Below, piece by piece: positions 58,804-64,000 of a stretch of DNA of 64,000 nucleotides. Both the position numbers and the translations under genes were made by a program. Origin of the DNA: Roseibacillus sp. (lineage in GTDB: Bacteria > Verrucomicrobiota > Verrucomicrobiia > Verrucomicrobiales > Akkermansiaceae); the NCBI GenBank assembly GCA_965242925.1, contig CBDEUM010000009.1:1-64000 (forward strand), given 5' to 3'. The stretch's first letter is position 1. Each line of letters opens with the position of its first letter. The notes below the pieces were generated by a model, which had not been told where the DNA came from, did not search any database, and saw nothing but the letters and a program-made list of their open reading frames with translations.

Positions 58804-61800
58804 TCAATCCGCGGGTGAGATCGTGACACGCAGCCGGACAAAGAGTGTTCCGGAGACTATGGGACCAAGTTTCCAGATCTCGATGGTGGGAGATCCCGGG
58901 ATCACCTCCGGCCCGCTGGGCGCCACCGCGATTGTCCACTGTTGAAGATCGGTCGAAGTCTCGATTATTGCGATGGCGTCATCTGCCGAGGCATCGTGAG
59001 GGAAGGAGACCGACATCGCGCCGGACTGATCCACTGTGACCATCAATCCGAACAGGTGATCGAGCGGATCAAAATCAGAGCTCCCGTAGTAGTATTCGAG
59101 ACCCGCACTGCGCCCGTCTCCGTCGTGATCCGCGTTCGGGTCCCCCACGAGAGTAGTAGAGTCCGGCATCCCGGGTCGCCCCCCAACCCCGCCGCTGCGC
59201 CGCCAGCTGGCGGCGCTGCCATGATCCGGATTTGAAAGAGGATCGATTAAAACCAAACTGAATCCAGAACCGTCGGATGCCCTCGGCCAGGGCGAGCGGT
59301 CATTGTACTCGAAGTCGTGGATGGGGTTCAGGTCCGCCCCGGTGAGGACAATCCAGTCGCCGGCATTCTCGAGCCGAGTGCCATCCTGGAACTGCCCGGC
59401 GATCGGATGACCGGGGCCGTGGACAGACTCGAACACAGTCTGGTCGGCGACAAGCAGGATCCGTTCGCCGGGAGCGAGCACCAGGTCCGGGGGAAAGCTG
59501 AACGCGATGCCATTCGTAAATGAGGCTCCCGTCAAATCGATCGGCGCGTCCGCGATATTGAGCAACTCGATGAACTCCGCCAGGCCGTTGGGCGCAGCAG
59601 GATGATACATCACTTCCGAAATCACCAGGTTGGTCGCATCGGCCGGGATCCCGACCACGAACGTTGCATCATTCAACGCAGACCACTCACCGGTAGTCGT
59701 GCGAATGCGCGCCCTCACCTGCACCGAATTCGACAATGCAATCGGAGCACCATGGATCCGCGCTCCAGCCAGGATCTCGCCCCCCGGCAGGCGCGGATCG
59801 CGGCCATCAAGGGTATAGTAGATCGCCCCCTCTACGTTGCCCGGTTTGCGAATGACGAGCGAAACTCCGGCCCCTACGATCCCGCCCTCCTCGCTGAAGT
59901 CGGGTGGCGCAAAGAACTGCCCATCAATCCAGGCCGCTCTGGTGGTCAGATACGACTTCATCGACTGCAAACGACTATTCCAATTATTGACCGACAATCC
60001 CTGCGCTCTCACCAGGGCGGACGGAATCTGAGCGGACTGCCGATCGATAATGGCAACCATGTTGTCGTCAGCCAGCGGCCCTCTGCGCAACTCGTACCAC
60101 CGATCGATGTGCTCCTGCATGTAATCGGGATCATCGAAGAGCCTCGGGTACCACAAACGATCCGCGCGAAAGAACAAGGTCGATGTCGGCGAGTTCCCGA
60201 AGGCACCATTATTGAAGTCCCACATCGGCCCCATGTGGATCTTGCGCACTCCCGACGAAACCCACGGGAACACGGAAAGCAGCAGCCCGTCGCCCTGCTT
60301 GGCCAGGTTCAGCAGATGGAAGTAGTCAATGCAGTCGCGCGTGTTGAGATAGTTCCGGTAGCCCGCCGCGGGATCCCGCCAGCGCGCCTCGTTGTAGAGC
60401 ACACTTTCAAACCGTCGAAACCACGATTCAATCGCACTGCGCTGCAGTCCATTGATCCGATAGCCGTTGGGGTTCTCAAAGTTGATAAAGGCGTTGTACT
60501 GGCGCGGAATATCATCGCCACGTCCAGCTACGTTGGGCGCAGTCTGCTGGTCACGATTGGGACCGGCGGTGTGGAAGAACTGCGGTGAGGTCGCCCCGTT
60601 CTCGGTGGGATATCCGCTGATCGGTTCGGGATCCATGCGATTGATCCCAAGGAGCCAGCCACCCGTTCGGCCATCTTCACTCAGTGCTTCGAAATCGATT
60701 CGGTCGTTGCCCCGCGCCACCTTCTCGGCAAAGGCATAGACGCCCCGCCGGTCGGACGCCCGCAAGCTTCCTCCGCTCTCGTTCACGAAGACATCCACAA
60801 ACCGGAAGCGCGTCCCGTAGCGCCCCGTTTCCCGGCTGAGCGCCCAGATGAAAGTGTTGTTGAGCATACTCCGATCATAGTTGGGATGCGGATAGTAGAG
60901 AATCCAGTCGGACTCCTTTGGCAACCCGAGCGGACTCACCTTACGGTCATCGTCACCATTCTGTTTCCAGGTCTCCAGGCTGTAGGGTTTCGGAGTCCAG
61001 GTCGACGAGAAGGCTCCGCGCACGCGAATGCCAATCCGCGAATCGGTCTCGGCCGGGGCCGAGATGGATGCCATCCCAGTCATGGGATCAGTCGCGATGA
61101 TTCGCAGATAGGCCGACTGCCGTTCCGGTTGGATCAGCCCGCCTCCGGTCTGGCTTCCGGTGGACCATCCCTTATTCGGCACTGAGCCCCGTCCGAAGTT
61201 TTCGATGATCACAATCGGCAGCCCTGACTCGTAGCCTGCGAGATCCGGGGCAAGTCGCACGAAGCTCTCGGTCGCGATGGCCGGCGGTTGATCCCCGCTG
61301 AATGTGGCGGCGCGGATCTGAACCGTCTCGGTGATCGAGATCGAACCGTCATAGACCATGCCATTCGCAAGGGAGGGCAAGCTCCCATCGGTGGTATAAA
61401 GGATCTGCGCTCCCGGGGTGGGAGTGCTCAGCTCAAGCGCGAGGTCCTCGACAAAGGTGCCACCTTCCACCGAGAAGGTCGGCTTCACCGGCTCCGGCGA
61501 CACACAATTGATCCCCGCCTTCAGCAGGAGGCTGGTCAACGGCTGAGCGGGATCATTGGACCCGAGCTCAAGCTGCGCATTGAAGCAGCCCTCAGCTCCG
61601 CCGGAATCGAAAGTGACGGTGAACTCGTGCGCCTCACCCGCTGCGATGAAATCCGGAACTCCACTCACCGAAAAGTGCTCCGAGCCTGTTGCGTTCGTCA
61701 GGATCATGCTGGAGGTGAGCTCCAGAGGCAGATCACTCCCTGCGTTCGAAATGCTCAAAGGAAGGGTGACTGCGCCGGGGTCGCTCGCAACATTCCCAAA

Positions 61801-62451
61801 ATCGAGGGCCGCCTGTACCGCGAGAATCGGATGAGGATCCGGAACCGCGTCCGCAAACGCCACTTCGCCCAACCCAACCCGGTCGCCTCCGCCGGGCGGA
61901 CCACTGCCACCATTCGCGTAGAAGTTGTCCTCGCAGGTAAACTCAACATAGCGAGCTGTCACCACTTCTGAAAACGCAAAGCTCTGCCGCGGCGCGTCAT
62001 CGATCACGGAATCAAAAAACGGATTGTAGGAGATCGACGCGCTGAGCTGCTGCTCGCCTTCTGCGGCCGTCGCAAAGCGCAGACTGAATCGGCTCACCCC
62101 GTTCGCATTCGTGGTCGTGTATCCCCAGACACTGATCTCGGAGAGCGTTCGATCCTCCCCTAAATCGAAAATCAGGACCGGCTTTCCTGTTTGCTCGATA
62201 TAGTCCGAGGGAAATCCACCCGGCGCGGCAGTGACCCAGCGGTGTGACGCTCCACTTCCCAACTGCTCGTGCTCTCCGCTTGCAGCATAGCCGTTGCCCG
62301 GCCCCTGGATCAGGTTGGAAACCGGCCAGAGATCTCCCCCGGTGGAAGTCGCGACGGAGGAGATGGGATGAAAGTCGGCCGCCGTGACCCACTGCGAGAC
62401 CATCACGACAGTAGCGGGTGCGAAGAGGGCACGAAGGAACAGGGACTTCAT
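58804..62451 (-). CDS. Exported protein: conserved N-terminal domain, Ig-like, chitobiase-like Fn3, CotH-type kinase, lamin-tail domain
   Basis: Signal peptide; DFHPI domain; ILYTTDGSLP and YYTLDGRDP; IRVRGAFS, KPYSLE, DWILY, GPMWDFN (CotH); ISEVMYHP..EFIELLN; C-terminal STDLQQW...LFVRLRV. Confidence 0.85.
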   Translation of the reverse strand: MKSLFLRALFAPATVVMVSQWVTAADFHPISSVATSTGGDLWPVSNLIQGPGNGYAASGEHEQLGSGASHRWVTAAPGGFPSDYIEQTGKPVLIFDLGEDRTLSEISVWGYTTTNANGVSRFSLRFATAAEGEQQLSASISYNPFFDSVIDDAPRQSFAFSEVVTARYVEFTCEDNFYANGGSGPPGGGDRVGLGEVAFADAVPDPHPILAVQAALDFGNVASDPGAVTLPLSISNAGSDLPLELTSSMILTNATGSEHFSVSGVPDFIAAGEAHEFTVTFDSGGAEGCFNAQLELGSNDPAQPLTSLLLKAGINCVSPEPVKPTFSVEGGTFVEDLALELSTPTPGAQILYTTDGSLPSLANGMVYDGSISITETVQIRAATFSGDQPPAIATESFVRLAPDLAGYESGLPIVIIENFGRGSVPNKGWSTGSQTGGGLIQPERQSAYLRIIATDPMTGMASISAPAETDSRIGIRVRGAFSSTWTPKPYSLETWKQNGDDDRKVSPLGLPKESDWILYYPHPNYDRSMLNNTFIWALSRETGRYGTRFRFVDVFVNESGGSLRASDRRGVYAFAEKVARGNDRIDFEALSEDGRTGGWLLGINRMDPEPISGYPTENGATSPQFFHTAGPNRDQQTAPNVAGRGDDIPRQYNAFINFENPNGYRINGLQRSAIESWFRRFESVLYNEARWRDPAAGYRNYLNTRDCIDYFHLLNLAKQGDGLLLSVFPWVSSGVRKIHMGPMWDFNNGAFGNSPTSTLFFRADRLWYPRLFDDPDYMQEHIDRWYELRRGPLADDNMVAIIDRQSAQIPSALVRAQGLSVNNWNSRLQSMKSYLTTRAAWIDGQFFAPPDFSEEGGIVGAGVSLVIRKPGNVEGAIYYTLDGRDPRLPGGEILAGARIHGAPIALSNSVQVRARIRTTTGEWSALNDATFVVGIPADATNLVISEVMYHPAAPNGLAEFIELLNIADAPIDLTGASFTNGIAFSFPPDLVLAPGERILLVADQTVFESVHGPGHPIAGQFQDGTRLENAGDWIVLTGADLNPIHDFEYNDRSPWPRASDGSGFSLVLIDPLSNPDHGSAASWRRSGGVGGRPGMPDSTTLVGDPNADHDGDGRSAGLEYYYGSSDFDPLDHLFGLMVTVDQSGAMSVSFPHDASADDAIAIIETSTDLQQWTIAVAPSGPEVIPGSPTIEIWKLGPIVSGTLFVRLRVTISPAD

Positions 62452-62532
62452 GGGCAGGAGGTTGGAGCCGGTCGAAGAAAGACAAGATACCTGTGAACCC
62501 TCGGGGAGGCGACAAAAGAGACGCGAAAACAG

Positions 62533-62609
62533 TGGAGGCGGCGGGCGGATTCGAACCGCCGAATAACGGTTTTGCAAACCGTCGCCTTAGGCCACTTGGC
62601 TACGCCGCC
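62533..62609 (-). tRNA. tRNA-Cys(GCA)
   Basis: GGCGGCG acceptor stem, ACGGT-TTGCAAA-ACCGT anticodon arm, GGCGG-TTCGAAT-CCGCC T arm, U73 discriminator and encoded CCA. Confidence 0.97.
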
Positions 62610-62721
62610 GTCGCAAAGCGAGCCGCGTGGTAATCCCGTTGTCCGCCGCTGTCAATAATCAGTCTCTCCGGCGCAGGAGGCACGGCATCGACACAATACG
62701 TCGGCCCGTTAGAATCCAGCC

Positions 62722-63448
62722 GTGAAAGCACGCTGGTGGGGTCTTTTTTTCTGGGGCCTCGTCACGTCGATCCTTCCCCATGCAAGGGCGCACCAGGAAC
62801 TCCATCACAACATTGAGCTCGATCTCCGTCAGATGGATGAAGACCAGCGCCGCGCAGCTCACCTTCACCATTCACGCCCCGGAATTGCTGGTGGGACTCT
62901 CGGAGGCCGCCAGTGCGCTCTACGATTTGAACTGGCTTGAGCAGCAATCCGACCAGGAACTGGAGCAACTCATCACCCTGGGCCGGGACCATCTTGCCAG
63001 GAGGTTCACCTTGCGCCTCGATGATGGGGAGCCCGTCGACCTCGCAGCGAAGCTCACTTTCGAAAATCCCGATGCCATCCGGAACGGAGGAGCGCGGGGC
63101 CTGCCACCCGGATGCCTTGAGGCCTTCCTTGAATTATCCGCCCCGGAAGGAACCCACAAACTCCGGTTGGACCATGCCCGCAACTCGGGCAAGCGCCTGC
63201 TGCTGGTAATCGACCGTCCTGAATCCTTTCCCGGGGTCATTGATGTGGCGCCCGGGACGCATGCAGTGGTGGCCTTGCGCGGAAAGATCGATGAACCCAT
63301 TGCCCCGGAGCCTCCCGGACACCCGGAGCAGGCCCTCGGCCCCGGCCGGATGCTCGCGCTCGCTATCATCCTCACGGCCCTTGCAGGCATCACCGTAGTC
63401 CTCAGCAAACTGCGGAAGGCCTCGCGGGGCAAGGCCCCCGGTTCCTGA
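62722..63448 (+). CDS. Hypothetical exported protein with C-terminal TM anchor, probable frameshift near 62840
   Basis: Signal peptide ending ARA-HQELHH in ORF 62722; protein-like continuation AAQLTFTIHAPELL... in ORF 62780..63448, ending in a TM helix plus basic tail. Confidence 0.55.
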
Positions 63449-63482
63449 TTGCGATCCCGGAGCAGGCGGCCAAGATCCCGGG

Positions 63483-64000
63483 ATGCGCCTGCTCCCCGTC
63501 CTCGGCCTGCTCTTGCTTTCCTCCCTCCCGGGATGGGGAAAACTACCGGCAGAACTCTCTTTTAAGGAAGGACCGATCAATGCGGTCTCCCTCGAACGGA
63601 ACGAAGAACGATTGACCCTCTACCGGGGAATAGGCCCGGCCAGGGTGGTGCTGCTCACCCACGCCCGCCGGGACCTGGTGGAAGCCGTCCGACCGGCGGC
63701 TGCCGGGGCCCACGTGGTCGCCCCCGAGAAATCCCGATCCGCTCTCACGCAGGCCGAGGCCTTCTGGGAGCAGTTCTGGAAGAAGCGCTTCAATTACTAC
63801 GAGCAGCAGGTCAACAAAGTCCCGGTGCGATCGCTGGCCGTGAACCGGTTCGTGAAGGAGGACGAGGTGGTGAAGTGGCAAGGACTGGAATTTTCCGTGA
63901 TGGAGACCCCCGGCTATTCGCGGGACGCGGTCACCTACCTCACCGAGATCGGAGGGAAACGCATCGCCTTCACCGGCGATTTGATCTGGGAAGGAGGGCG
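63483..64000 (+). CDS. Exported metallo-beta-lactamase-fold protein, 3'-truncated
   Basis: Manual translation MRLLPVLGLLLLSSLPGWG...VLLTHARRD...ETPGYS...IAFTGDLIW, open to the window edge. Confidence 0.75.
   Translation, partial: MRLLPVLGLLLLSSLPGWGKLPAELSFKEGPINAVSLERNEERLTLYRGIGPARVVLLTHARRDLVEAVRPAAAGAHVVAPEKSRSALTQAEAFWEQFWKKRFNYYEQQVNKVPVRSLAVNRFVKEDEVVKWQGLEFSVMETPGYSRDAVTYLTEIGGKRIAFTGDLIWEGG

Larger units (their letters stand above)
51086..62373 (-). repeat. Dispersed ~520-550-nt coding repeat, five copies (51086-51604, 52578-53126, 53787-54320, 54586-55099, 61855-62373)
   Basis: Shared consensus F(H/Y)PI..(G)DLWPxSNLIQGPGxGF..WVTxAPGGFPSDY..LxFDLG..WGY..NANG..FSLxFA..TARYVE..GGDRVGxGExAF. 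DNA is also similar (ccctggatcag(a/g)ttgga..ccggccagag in three copies). Confidence 0.92.

Noticed and set aside
51086..62373. CRISPR array or IS copies behind the recurring DNA motif
   Set aside because: The repeats are in-frame protein domains with codon-level divergence; there are no spacers, cas genes, terminal repeats or transposase.

Overview
GC-rich bacterial chromosomal segment, most consistent with Verrucomicrobiota (inferred from a PEP-CTERM protein, CotH/lamin-tail giant exoproteins, a PVC-type CxxCH dehydrogenase, long N-terminally extended LepB and RNase HIII). About 4.9-35.5 kb is mostly housekeeping: alr, hisF, uppP, lspA-ileS, thrBC, rlpA, a probable 6S RNA, HU, rnhC, mutY, a MurU/AmgK-like pair, argBDF, lepA, two tandem lepB, a squalene/phytoene synthase, rsgA and tdh. 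Next come a two-component system with a TonB-dependent receptor and a periplasmic oxidoreductase group. Two things stand out. (1) A signal-peptide-bearing thioredoxin-like gene at 2170-3440 has an in-frame TGA in a C-T-(TGA) motif followed by a SECIS-like hairpin, so it is a probable selenoprotein. (2) A 15.6-kb co-oriented cluster (46820-62451) just downstream of tRNA-Cys carries one conserved ~175-aa domain five times in four exported proteins: two CotH-type kinases, one Ig-like scaffold and a stand-alone PEP-CTERM protein. An FG-GAP/ASPIC lipoprotein sits among them. Four genes have frameshifts that look like sequencing indels. No CRISPR array, integrase or transposase was seen. All calls come from reading motifs by eye; no searches were run.
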